Of a stretch of 64,000 bases of DNA, positions 17,947 to 27,002 are shown piece by piece. The notes below the pieces were generated by a model, which had not been told where the DNA came from, made no database searches, and was given only the letters and a program-made list of their open reading frames with translations. This stretch comes from an uncultured Chloroflexia bacterium (GTDB lineage Bacteria; Chloroflexota; Dehalococcoidia; DSTF01; WHTK01): the NCBI GenBank assembly GCA_963766645.1, contig CAVYAY010000003.1, positions 416,554 through 480,553 of the forward strand, in the 5' to 3' direction. Both the position numbers and the translations under genes were made by a program. Positions within the stretch are counted from its first letter, which is position 1. Each line of letters begins with the position of its first letter.

Positions 17947-18999
17947 CTAGTCGAAGGTCAGGATGGCGCGGCCCTTGATCTCGCCCGCCTGCAGTGACTT
18001 GCAGGCCTCATCGATCTGGTCGAGCTTGTACCGCGCAGTGACGAGCCGATTGAGGTCAAGCTTGCCCTGCTTGAACCACTCGACGAACTTCGGATAGTCC
18101 TCATCCGGACGGCTACTGCCGCCGAAGCTGCCGCGGTAGGTCCGTGCCAGGAAGATGTCGCGCATGTTCAGTGTCGCGGGCGTTTGCGGCACACCGACCA
18201 GGATGGCGATACCACCCTCCCGAATCGCGGCGATTCCCGGCTTCACCGACGGCAGGAGCTGCTCCATGGTCTCCTTCCGGCCGATGGCATCGAAAGCATA
18301 GTCGGCGCCACCGTTGGTTAGCTCCTTGATCTTCTCAACCGGGTCTTCCTTGGAGGCGTTGATCGTGTCGGTGACCCCGAACTCTCGCGCGAACGCGAGC
18401 TTATCGTCACTCAGGTCCACAGCGATGATCCGGCCGGCCCCAGCCAGCACGCAGCCCAGGACCACGCTCAGCCCAACGCCCCCAACCCCATAGATCGCGA
18501 CCGTGCTGCCCTGCTCCACCTTTGCCGTGTTGATCGCGGCGCCGACACCGGTCATCACGGCGCAGCCGATGATCGCCGTAACGTCAGTGGCGACGTCGTT
18601 CGGCAGCGGCACAACGTACTGCTCGTGGGCAACCGTCGATTCGGTCCACGTCGGCGAGGCCTGCCAGCTTGCCGGCTTGCCGCCGTAGCTGATGCTGCCC
18701 TGCGTCGGTGGCGTCATCCCCTCGCTGCCGTTGCGCGGCACCCAGGTCACCATGACCCGGTCGCCTTCCTTTACGTGGTTAACGTTTCGCCCTTTGGCCA
18801 CGACGACGCCGGTCGATTCGTGCCCCAGCAGCAGCGGTCGCACCAGCGCCGGATTGTGCATCTGGTGCAGCTGTGAATGACAGATCCCGCTCGCGAACTG
18901 CTTGACGATAACCTGGTTCTCGTCCGGGTCGGGCAGGTCGATCTCGTCGACCAACAGCGGCCCGTTGTGTTCCAGTTGGATCGCGGCTCGTGTCTTCAT
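17947..18999 (-). CDS. Zinc-dependent alcohol dehydrogenase (MDR family)
   Basis: Start at ATG 18999 (MKTRAAIQLEHNG...) with GGAGGG upstream. Shows the GICHSQLH zinc motif and the GVGGVG Rossmann motif. Confidence 0.9.
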   Translation of the reverse strand: MKTRAAIQLEHNGPLLVDEIDLPDPDENQVIVKQFASGICHSQLHQMHNPALVRPLLLGHESTGVVVAKGRNVNHVKEGDRVMVTWVPRNGSEGMTPPTQGSISYGGKPASWQASPTWTESTVAHEQYVVPLPNDVATDVTAIIGCAVMTGVGAAINTAKVEQGSTVAIYGVGGVGLSVVLGCVLAGAGRIIAVDLSDDKLAFAREFGVTDTINASKEDPVEKIKELTNGGADYAFDAIGRKETMEQLLPSVKPGIAAIREGGIAILVGVPQTPATLNMRDIFLARTYRGSFGGSSRPDEDYPKFVEWFKQGKLDLNRLVTARYKLDQIDEACKSLQAGEIKGRAILTFD

Positions 19000-19116
19000 T
19001 CCACCCTCCGATGCGGCAAGACCGTTCAACACTGCGTGACGCAGTGTAGCCTCAGCCCACCCGAACGGTCGATCCCCAGAACGCGGAAGATGGGCGCACA
19101 TCTAGAGCTGCGCGAG

Positions 19117-19209
19117 CCGGCGCTACTACCTCGGCCTCGGCATCAACGCCCCGCTCTAGAGCACTCAGCTATTTCGTCTTATGTCTGGTTACACGATCAG
19201 AAGATAGTG
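19117..19209 (+). repeat. Direct repeat copy 2 (orphan duplicate of the ACAD-like gene 3' end: ...RYYLGLGINAPL-stop)
   Basis: See 17851-17936. The duplicate begins abruptly at cgctactacc with no similarity upstream. Confidence 0.7.
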
Positions 19210-19254
19210 AAACGAACCTCGGTCAACCAGCTGAACGACGGCGCCGGTCATCGC

Positions 19255-19629
19255 TTACAGCCGATGGCGTGTCAGCAACCAAGCAACGACGATAGAGAAG
19301 GGTACGAAAATCCAGAACTGGCTACGAGTGGCACGTTGAGCCTCACGGCTAATATCGACGCCAGCAAGCTCGCGCTCAATCGCGCCGGCTCGCAACAGCG
19401 AGGACGACTCTAGGAAGAGCGGCACGTAGTTAGCGCCCACGCCGATTAGCCACGCTCCGACTGCGAGCGCGACCGGGGAAGAGGCGGTCGTCCAGCTCCA
19501 GATGCCAAGCCCGATGCACCCGAGCATCCCAGCAGAAAACTCCAGGTAGATGATCCTTCTACGCCGACGGGATCCTGCAGGACCGTGCATGTCCAAGGCA
19601 GCGAGGCGGCGCACTTTCAGAAGAGGCAC
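19255..19629 (-). CDS. Hypothetical membrane protein
   Basis: 124-aa ORF with three or four hydrophobic segments. Start uncertain. Confidence 0.45.
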   Translation of the reverse strand: MPLLKVRRLAALDMHGPAGSRRRRRIIYLEFSAGMLGCIGLGIWSWTTASSPVALAVGAWLIGVGANYVPLFLESSSLLRAGAIERELAGVDISREAQRATRSQFWIFVPFSIVVAWLLTRHRL

Positions 19630-19690
19630 CCCCTGCTACTCCGAAATTCCCCGTTTGGACCGTCTACACGATCTCTACGGAGTGCAATCG

Positions 19691-20857
19691 TCACCCCTTC
19701 GCCACCAACGGCATAACCTCCGCCCCGAAGCGCTCGATCTGCTCGCAGATCACCGCCCGCGGCGTCCCCACCGGCTGGCCCACCATCACCTCTTCGAGGC
19801 CCGGATACGTCTCCTGCAGCTCCAGCAGCTTCTCTGCGATGCGCTCCGCCGGTCCGCAGATCCACGACCCCGCCTCGAACTGGTCCCGCACCGTCGGTAG
19901 TCCCGCCTGCCGCGCCCGCTTCGGGTCGGCCAGCATCTCGATCTGCTTGTCCGTCAGCGGCCCCGCGAAGCCCAGCGGACCGAACATCTTCTGGTGCTCC
20001 TCCACGTACGGCTGCACCCGCTTCATCACGTCTTCTTCGGAGCCCGAATCCGTCACGAAGCACGAGAATCCGACGATCAAATCGCCGCCCAGCGCCGTCG
20101 CGCGGCCGTGCTCCGCTAGGCGCTCTTGCCACGCCTGGATTAGTTCGTGACGCGCCCCGCCGACCGCCGCGCCGCCGCCCATGAAGCCCTTGATCCCGTT
20201 GCGTACCATGAAATCGAGCCCCCGCTCGCTCGCGCTGACGATCGGCTGCCAGCACTCGACCGGGTGCGTCGGCCGCGGCACCAGCGTGATTTCCTCCAGC
20301 TCGTAGCCCCGGTACGGCACCCGCGGTGGGATCGTGTAGTGCTTCCCGTGGTGCGAGAACGACTCCTCGTGCAGCGCCTTCAGCACCAGCTCCACCTGTT
20401 CCTCGAACAGGTCCCGGTTCGCCGTCGCGTCCTGCACCGGCCCGCCAAACGTTTCGACCTCGCGCGTGTGATACCCCCGGCCGACACCGAACCGCACCCG
20501 GCCACCCGTCAGGATGTCGGCCACCGCGTAGTCCTCGGCCAGCCGGATCGGGTGCCACATCGGCGCGATGTTGAAGCCGCAGCCGACGCGCAGATGCTCC
20601 GTCTGGTTGGCGATCTGGATCGCCAGCATCAGGATGTTCGGCAGGCACTCGTAGCCCTCACGCTGAAAATGGTGCTCGGCCAACCACAGCGTGTCGAAGC
20701 CGTAGCGGTCCATCAGCTTCGCCATCTCCTGCGCCGTCGCAAGCGGCGTGATCAGCTTCTCGTTGTCGTAGCGACGTGCGTTGACCGGCGTCCCCTCGAA
20801 GCCGATGTCGTCCAGGTCCACCTGCCCCGCGTACAGCGAACTGAATCCCTTGATCAA
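19691..20857 (-). CDS. LLM-class (luciferase-like) flavin-dependent oxidoreductase
   Basis: 388-aa ORF. Shows ...FDTLWLAEHHF... and ...GRVRFGVGRGY..., typical LLM motifs. Confidence 0.85.
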   Translation of the reverse strand: MIKGFSSLYAGQVDLDDIGFEGTPVNARRYDNEKLITPLATAQEMAKLMDRYGFDTLWLAEHHFQREGYECLPNILMLAIQIANQTEHLRVGCGFNIAPMWHPIRLAEDYAVADILTGGRVRFGVGRGYHTREVETFGGPVQDATANRDLFEEQVELVLKALHEESFSHHGKHYTIPPRVPYRGYELEEITLVPRPTHPVECWQPIVSASERGLDFMVRNGIKGFMGGGAAVGGARHELIQAWQERLAEHGRATALGGDLIVGFSCFVTDSGSEEDVMKRVQPYVEEHQKMFGPLGFAGPLTDKQIEMLADPKRARQAGLPTVRDQFEAGSWICGPAERIAEKLLELQETYPGLEEVMVGQPVGTPRAVICEQIERFGAEVMPLVAKG

Positions 20858-20895
20858 ACCCGGCTCCCCGATCTGTCCTCTAACCTATTTCTCGC

Positions 20896-21756
20896 CTACG
20901 CCCTCACCGGGCCCGCAACCCGCGCCATGAAGTCGACGAAGATTGGCGCCACGGCCTCGTCACGCTCGTAGATAATCTCGTTCCCCGCCGTCCGCTGCGC
21001 CTCGATCTCTTGCGGCGTCAGTGAGTCGTGTATCTCGCTGTTCGGCAGGATGCTGTCCAGCGTCGCGCGCCACAGGCTCCGGGTGCGTCTGGTCGTGCCC
21101 CGGCAGGATGCAGGCCGGCATCGTCAGCTTGACGAGGTCCTCTTCCGCGCTCCGATCACCGGCAGGTCGGCGCCGGCCAGGAAGTAGCGCTTCCAATCCT
21201 CCATCGCGCCGATGAAGACCTCGGGCGCCATGCTCATCAGGCGCTCCCGGTTCGACGGGTTCGCCGCGATCATCTCCGAGAAGTGCTCCGATTCGCACAC
21301 CGCGGCCATCCCGCCTCGCTGCGCCATCTCGATGAACTGCTCGTAGTAGTTGTAGGCCAGGCGCTTCGCTGCGTACTCACCGCCGGTGACGCGCCACAGC
21401 AGCAGTCCACGCACGACTTCCGGGTGTCGCATCGCGACCAGGAGTGAGAGACGGCACCCGGAAGACGCCCCGCCGACGAACGCCGGCGCCGCGCCCAGCT
21501 GCCGCAACAACTCCGCCAGGTCGTCCGCCCACACCTCGTACTCCGAGACCTCGCCGCCGATCGAAACGTCGGAAGCCCCGCAGTTGCGCCGGTCGTGTAG
21601 CAGCACCCGGTACCCCGAGTCCGCGATTAGCCTCGCCAGCCCCGCGACCTCGCTCCCGGCGCGCCGTCCGCCCGGCGATAGCGCCACCCAAGGCCCCGCC
21701 TCTCCCACCACCTCGTAATTCAGCTTCACGCCACGCACATCAGCTACAGCCATCAT
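20896..21756 (-). pseudogene. Alpha/beta hydrolase, disrupted as assembled by two closely spaced frameshifts (near 21150 and 21065)
   Basis: N-terminal 210 aa lie in one frame. The segment EEDLVKLTMPACILPGHDQTHPEPVA lies in a second frame. The tail TLDSILPNSEIHDSLTPQEIE...FVDFMARVAGPVRA-stop (stop at 20896-20898) is back in the first frame. Confidence 0.7.
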
Positions 21757-21797
21757 TTACCTCCAGGTTTCTCTCAAGCGCTTTCTGCCCAACGCCA

Positions 21798-21828
21798 CAA
21801 CCACGAAGCTGCAGGTTTCAACCGGCAG
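21798..21828 (+). repeat. R2 hairpin repeat copy
   Basis: caaccacgaagctgcaggtttcaaccggcag. Confidence 0.6.
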
Positions 21829-21869
21829 GCAACCCTGTTTCCAAACATCCCTAGTGACGAGGAGCCCTC

Positions 21870-23087
21870 TCACCAAGTTCCCTCGAGGATGTACAGCCCC
21901 CCGGTGAACCGCTCGATCGCGTAAATCAGCCCGTTCTCGTCCACGTAGACGTCGTTCATCTGCGCCGCGTCGAACCGCGAACCCGCCGGCGCCTCCGGGA
22001 TGTAGTACCCCAGCTCGACCGGCGACCACGGATTTGAAACGTCGTGCACCCGCACGCCCGCATTGAAATACGCCCCGTACACCAGCCCGTCGGACCGCAG
22101 TGCCGTCGCCAGCGGGTGATTCTCGTGCAGGTTGTGCGCGCCGAAGCGCCCCGCCCGATCAGCAAATTCGTCCACCGCCGGCAGCGGCAGCGTGCCCGTG
22201 ATCATCGGCCGCGTCTCGTCGTGCATGTCGACCACCCAGACCGGCTTCGGCCAGTCCTTGCCGCCCGGCTGGATCGCCTCGTCGCTGACGATCAGCGTCT
22301 CCTGGCTGAACAGCGGCAGCACCGTGTGCGTGAACCCCGACGCCGGCGGGTGGTAGTCCAGCTGACTGATCATCCGCGGCTTTGACTTGTCCGAAATGTC
22401 GAGGATCACAACTCCACCGTCGATGTAGCCGACGTACGCCCGGTCGGGCCGTTCCGGGTAGACGTTCGTGTTGTGCGTCCGATACCCCATGTCGAAGTCT
22501 GCGTGGCGCTGCGGTGGGTCGGCGCCGTCGCCCTCCATCGTCCCCGGCAGCCACCAGCGCCCGACCTCCGTCGGCTTCGTCGGGTCGCGCACGTCGATGA
22601 TCTGGTAGAACTGGTCGTCCAGCTTGTTCGTCGGCGTCACGTCCGGCGCCCCGCTCGACAGGTGGATGTACTCCCCGTCGACGAACCACAGGCAGTGCGC
22701 CCCGCGCGAATGCGACCCCGACCGGTCGAGAAACGCGATCGACCTGGGCTCCGCCGGGTCCGACACGTCGAATAGCTCGACGCCTGCCGGCGTCAGACCT
22801 GGCTCCTTTGTCTGGTACGCCACCGCCAGGATGTCGCCCACCGCGTCCAGCGAGTTCGACCGCACGTTCTCGTGCGGCAACTCCGTCTGCGCGATCACAA
22901 ACGCCTCGGTGGGATCCGACACGTCTACCACCGTGAAGTTCTTCGGCGCCGACTCATGCGCGATATACAGCACCCGCCGCCCGTCTGACGTCTGCTGCAG
23001 CGCCAGCCCTTCGCCGCCGTTGCCAAATCCGTTGAGGTCGTTGTGACTGATCAGGCGCATATTCCGCGCCTCTGGCACCCCGTTCAT
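21870..23087 (-). CDS. LVIVD-repeat beta-propeller protein
   Basis: Start at ATG 23087 (MNGVPEARNMRLISHNDL), with GGAGG 5 nt upstream. Repeated ...V.D.S.P..P... blades (FTVVDVSDPT, ELFDVSDPAEP, IIDVRDPTKP, VILDISDKSKP, VRVHDVSNPWSP). Confidence 0.8.
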   Translation of the reverse strand: MNGVPEARNMRLISHNDLNGFGNGGEGLALQQTSDGRRVLYIAHESAPKNFTVVDVSDPTEAFVIAQTELPHENVRSNSLDAVGDILAVAYQTKEPGLTPAGVELFDVSDPAEPRSIAFLDRSGSHSRGAHCLWFVDGEYIHLSSGAPDVTPTNKLDDQFYQIIDVRDPTKPTEVGRWWLPGTMEGDGADPPQRHADFDMGYRTHNTNVYPERPDRAYVGYIDGGVVILDISDKSKPRMISQLDYHPPASGFTHTVLPLFSQETLIVSDEAIQPGGKDWPKPVWVVDMHDETRPMITGTLPLPAVDEFADRAGRFGAHNLHENHPLATALRSDGLVYGAYFNAGVRVHDVSNPWSPVELGYYIPEAPAGSRFDAAQMNDVYVDENGLIYAIERFTGGLYILEGTW

Positions 23088-23131
23088 ATCAACCTCCAAT
23101 CGTCTTTCATCGCTAAGGTCCGGTTTCCGTA

Positions 23132-23188
23132 CCACTCATCCTGAGGCTCTCGCAAGCTAGCCCTGAGCACCTCTGAAGGGATGAGTGG
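23132..23188 (+). repeat. Inverted repeat (10-bp arms CCACTCATCC / GGATGAGTGG) of the tcatcctgag-type module
   Basis: The perfect arms at 23132-23141 and 23179-23188 lie upstream of the LVIVD gene. Confidence 0.55.
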
Positions 23189-23329
23189 CCCAGAACTCCG
23201 GCCAAACGTGATACGCCTCCGCACTGCGTCCCGACACCATCGCGGATCCCTACCCCCATTCCGTCATCTCCTGTCAGCTCACCAAACTCACTACCAGCGC
23301 CGCGTCATTACCCAACGCCGGCAGGCGTC

Positions 23330-23452
23330 GTGGGGGCGCAGCCCCTGCGGGGGAGTCTGAGGGGTCTCCCCTCAGGATGAGCGTTAGATAAAGCGAAGCG
23401 CCCTGGCCCGCCCGACAGGAAGGGCGTAGGTCGCGAAGCCTTCGAGGCGCAG
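23330..23452 (+). repeat. R1 interspersed element, full copy A
   Basis: gtgggggcgcagcccctgcgggggagtctgaggggtctcccctcagg...aagcgaagcgcc...cgacaggaagggcgtaggtcgcgaagccttcgaggcgc. Confidence 0.8.
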
Positions 23453-23472
23453 CGGTTCACGCCGTGCCCGCT

Positions 23473-24645
23473 CTACCCCCACAGCGCCTTGCTCGCCATC
23501 TCAGCCCCCTCGGCCAGTGCCTTCAACTTCGCCCAACCGATCTGCATGTGCACCCGGTTTCCCATTCCGCAGTCCGTCCCCGCGATCACGTTCTCCTTGC
23601 CCACCAGCGACGCGTACAGCTTGATCCGGTCCGCCACCAGCTCGGGGTGCTCGACCACGTTGCTGGCGTGGCTCACAACGCCCGGGATCAGGATCTTGCC
23701 CTCGGGCAGCTTCACGTCCTGCCACACCTTCCACTCGTGCTCGTGCTGCGGGTTCGCCGCCTCCACCGAGTATGCCTCGGCGTCCACCTGCAGCATCAGA
23801 TCGACCACGTGCTTCAGCGGCAGGTCATGCGTGTGCGGGCCATGCCAGCTACCCCAGCAGATGTGGTAGCGCACCCGGTCCGCCGGGATCCCCTGCAGCG
23901 CGTGGTTCTGCGCGTCGATGCGAAGCTGCGCGAACTTGCGATACTCCTCGATCGACGGGTTCGGCACGATCATGTCGTACGTGTCAGGCAAGCCCGGGTC
24001 GTCCAGCTGCAACACGAACCCGGCGTCGACGACCGCCTTGTACTCCTCGCCTATCGCCTCCGCCAGCGCGAAAAGGTACTCCTCGTCCGTCTTGTAGTAC
24101 TCGTTGTAGAAGAAGTGCTCCAGCCAGCCCGGCGCCAGCACGCACATGAACGTCTCTTCCGGCTTCACGCCCGACTGCGCCAGCGTCTCCTTGAAAAGCG
24201 CGACGTCATTCTTGACCTCGTCCTGGCCGATGTACTTGATCGGCCCGCTGACGACCGTCCGGTCCCGCTGGCCGAAACCGCCGCGCGTGCCGCCAATGGT
24301 CAACGAGTCGTAGAACTCGGCAAACTCGATGCGCTCGTTCGTATGGCCCGACATCATTGCCGCTTCGCCTTCTCTTACGGGCCGAGACGAAAGGCCCGTC
24401 ATCCGACGGCTGTAATACGCCAGCGAGAAGCCAATTTTCCCCAGCTCCCCATCGCTGATGACGTCGATCCCCGCCTCGTCCTGCTTGTGGATCACGTCGA
24501 CCATCTCGCGTTTGATCTGCGGCATGATCGCGTCGATATCCATCGAATCGCCGCGCTGGATCGCCCGCGTCTTCTCCTGCAGGTCGTCCGACCCGGCCAG
24601 GCGCCCCGCGTGCGTAGTCAAAATCCGGTCCGTACTCCGCTTCAT
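23473..24645 (-). CDS. Stand-alone MetE C-terminal-domain-like protein (paralog of 15025..16185)
   Basis: MKRSTDRILTTHAGRL... at ATG 24645. Shows HICWG and DCGMG motifs, and both paralogs end in LWG. Confidence 0.8.
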   Translation of the reverse strand: MKRSTDRILTTHAGRLAGSDDLQEKTRAIQRGDSMDIDAIMPQIKREMVDVIHKQDEAGIDVISDGELGKIGFSLAYYSRRMTGLSSRPVREGEAAMMSGHTNERIEFAEFYDSLTIGGTRGGFGQRDRTVVSGPIKYIGQDEVKNDVALFKETLAQSGVKPEETFMCVLAPGWLEHFFYNEYYKTDEEYLFALAEAIGEEYKAVVDAGFVLQLDDPGLPDTYDMIVPNPSIEEYRKFAQLRIDAQNHALQGIPADRVRYHICWGSWHGPHTHDLPLKHVVDLMLQVDAEAYSVEAANPQHEHEWKVWQDVKLPEGKILIPGVVSHASNVVEHPELVADRIKLYASLVGKENVIAGTDCGMGNRVHMQIGWAKLKALAEGAEMASKALWG

Positions 24646-24657
24646 GGCGTCCCTCAT

Positions 24658-24888
24658 CTAGTCATCGTAGCGGCGGGGTACCGCGTATCTGCGCCGAAGT
24701 CTACACCCGCTAACCTGTTCGCCCGCGAAGGTAAATTCGTTGGGCTGACCACCGCTAGTTGAACGTATGGCGCCGTAGACGTCGTAGTCCAAAGTCGTGT
24801 CCACGTCGCCGTCCTGGCCCATCGGCGCCATGGCAGAGTCAGGAGTTTTCAGCTTGACTCGCGAAATGTCACCGCGCCGCTCGACCAA
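24658..24888 (-). pseudogene. Rhs/YD-repeat core-tail fragment (orphan remnant)
   Basis: ...TLDYDVYGAIRSTSGGQPNEFTFAGEQVSGCRLRRRYAVP... resembles the terminal YD repeat and the F.G(Q/E)..D...GLYYLRARYYDP region of Rhs cores. It is truncated against the MetE-like gene. Confidence 0.5.
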
Positions 24889-25217
24889 AGAACGGCAACG
24901 AGCGCTAGCGCAAGAGGTGGCAAATGGAAGGGATCAGAGAAGATCACATACAGAGTATTGAGAAACAACAACGGTAGGCCTCCCAGCGCGAGGCAAAGTG
25001 TCTCGTGGCTTTTCGCTCTTGCCGCTATGAATATCGCGATACTCAAGGATCCATAAACGAACAGGAATACGCCGACTCCCGCCCAACCATAGCCAGGTAC
25101 GCCGATGTTCTCCCAGATGCCGATGAGCATTCCACTAACCACCGCGAGCCCGGCTACTGTAAGCGGCGATGTTATCTTCCGAGCTTCCTCACCATTCGTC
25201 ATTACATTCGCTGGCAA
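24849..25217 (-). CDS. Hypothetical 4-TM membrane protein in the low-G+C islet (possible immunity protein)
   Basis: 122-aa ORF with four hydrophobic helices. Hand count gives 50 G+C per 100 nt at 24941-25040. Confidence 0.5.
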   Translation of the reverse strand: MPANVMTNGEEARKITSPLTVAGLAVVSGMLIGIWENIGVPGYGWAGVGVFLFVYGSLSIAIFIAARAKSHETLCLALGGLPLLFLNTLYVIFSDPFHLPPLALALVAVLWSSGAVTFRESS

Positions 25218-25524
25218 TATTCTGCCCTAGAACAGAGCTGCTCGAGTTACCAGAGTAGCGGATATCACTGACGTTAACGAAGCCGCCCCCGCCCGGACTT
25301 AGGCCGGCAGTGAAGTCAACGGACACAGTAGCGTCGATGGGATCCAGCCCTGGAATGCCTTTGCCGCCGAAAAGTCGCCCCTCGCTGGTGAAGGTCAGGT
25401 CCACGTTTGCCTCATCCTGATTCTGAGTTATGCTGCCGCCTTCAGCTTTCCAGCCATAGTTCGTCTCTGGCTGATCAACAGACGCAGACACCAGAGAAGT
25501 GCCGTCCGCGCAACGCCACGTCAC
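25189..25524 (-). CDS. Hypothetical protein in the low-G+C islet (possible orphan toxin C-terminal domain)
   Basis: 111-aa ORF. The in-frame upstream extension reads ASGVFDTRGLV, a weak DPxGL-like junction. No family recognised. Confidence 0.4.
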   Translation of the reverse strand: MTWRCADGTSLVSASVDQPETNYGWKAEGGSITQNQDEANVDLTFTSEGRLFGGKGIPGLDPIDATVSVDFTAGLSPGGGGFVNVSDIRYSGNSSSSVLGQNIASECNDEW

Positions 25525-25590
25525 CAGACCCCGCGTGTCGAAAACCCCAGAGGCTCACGCCATTCATCGTGAGCCATCGGCCGCTCAGCC

Positions 25591-25700
25591 GAGACGAAGC
25601 AATCTCGCCCCCTGTCACTCCCAGACGTGCCCAATTTGCGAGCCCAGGAGCCCGCCCGACAGGAAGGGCGCAAGACGCGAAGCCTCGACGCTCCGAAGAT
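25591..25700 (+). repeat. Composite repeat: gacgaagcaatctc module plus R1 3'-half copy
   Basis: gagacgaagcaatctcgccccctgtcac..., then gcccgcccgacaggaagggcgcaagacgcgaagcctcgacgctccgaag, which matches the R1 3' half. Confidence 0.6.
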
Positions 25701-25741
25701 AATCGCCTCGGCTCCATCCCTTCACGACTCCAGCAGGGGAA

Positions 25742-25870
25742 GTGGGGGCGCAGCCCCCGCGGGGGGAGTCTGAGGGGTCTCCCCTCAGGTCTCAGGTTGA
25801 AAAGAAGGCGAAGCGCACAATCCCAAGCGACAGCGGGGTACAGGACGCGAAGCCTTCGTCGCCACGAAGT
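25742..25870 (+). repeat. R1 interspersed element, full copy B
   Basis: gtgggggcgcagcccccgcggggggagtctgaggggtctcccctcagg...ggcgaagcgcacaa...caggacgcgaagccttcgtcgcc. Confidence 0.8.
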
Positions 25871-25938
25871 CCGCCCAACGCTCGGCCGTCTTCGGCCCCT
25901 CCGTCGACGGAGAGGGGGCGCGCGGCAGCGGGGTGAGG

Positions 25939-26987
25939 TTACCCCGCCTCGTCCCGGTACAACCCCAAAGCCCGAAACACCGGCTCATCCGTAAAGCTGA
26001 AAAGGTAAGCCGGATGGCTCGCCGACAGGTTCACATGCTCGTGCCACGCCCACCCCGGCACCACGAAAACGTCCTTCGAATCCCACTCCAGCGTCTCGCC
26101 GTCCACCACCGTCGCCCCCTGCCCCTCCACCACGTGGTACACCTTGCTGTTCGTCTGCCGGTGCCGCGCCGTCCGCTCGCCCGGCCGCAACACCTGCACG
26201 TAGCACGCGATCGTCGGCATCACCGGTCCGCCGGTCGCCGGGTTCGTGTACTCCAGAATCACGCCGTCGGTCGCGCTCCCCGCTTCGCCTTCCGCCAGCT
26301 TGTCCAACGCCGCCTTCGCCTCCGACCAGGGGTAGTGCCACAGCGGCGAATGCGCCGCCTCGTGCGACTCCCACGCCGGCTTCAAAGCCGGGAAGCCATA
26401 CTTCACCAGCGACGAATCGACGTCTTCCTTCGTCTTCTGCGACTCCTCCGGGTACTGCTCCCGGAAACCCGCCTCCAACACACCGACCAGGGGCGAGTCC
26501 AGCCCATCCAGCCAGATCATCGGCGAATCCGAGTCGTTAGCGTGGTCGTGCCACGTCCAGTTCGGCGTCAGCACCAGGTCGCCCGGCAGCATCGGGATCG
26601 TGTCGCCGTTGACCACCGTATACCCGCCCGTGCTCTCGATGATGAAGCGCAGCGCCGCCGCCGTGTGCCGGTGCGCCCGAGCGATCTCGCCCGGCCCGAC
26701 TACCTGGACGTTCGCCACCAGCGTGTTCGTCGCGCCGCGGCCCGTCCCCGGGTTCACGCAGCAGATCACGCGGCGCTCCGCCTCTTTGGTCCCGACAAGC
26801 TCCAGCGCCCGCAACGCCTGCGGCCGCAGCTCCGACCACCGCCAGCGATACGGCTGCAGCTTGCTCGTGTGGCTCCTCGCGGCGCCTCCGGCCGCGTCCA
26901 CAACGGCGCCATATTCAACGACTCGAGGTCGCCGTAATAAGCCTGAAGGTCAGATTCCGACGACGCGATGCTGGAGCGCTGCAACAT
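25939..26987 (-). CDS. Gentisate 1,2-dioxygenase-like bicupin, one frameshift near 26880
   Basis: The 320-aa body has two cupin modules (GEIARAHRHTAAALRF..., GERTARHRQTNSKVYHV...). The expected N-terminus DLQAYYGDLESLNMAPLW is in the adjacent frame (track ORF 26766..26987). Confidence 0.8.
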
Positions 26988-27002
26988 GGAGCCACCTCCG
27001 GT

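Noticed and set aside
23330-25870. R1 repeats considered as a possible CRISPR array or tRNA-like genes
   Set aside because: The copies are ~125 nt, irregularly spaced by kilobases and separated by genes. There are no short regular repeat-spacer units and no cas genes. I found no cloverleaf or T-loop (GGTTCGAATCC-like) motif.
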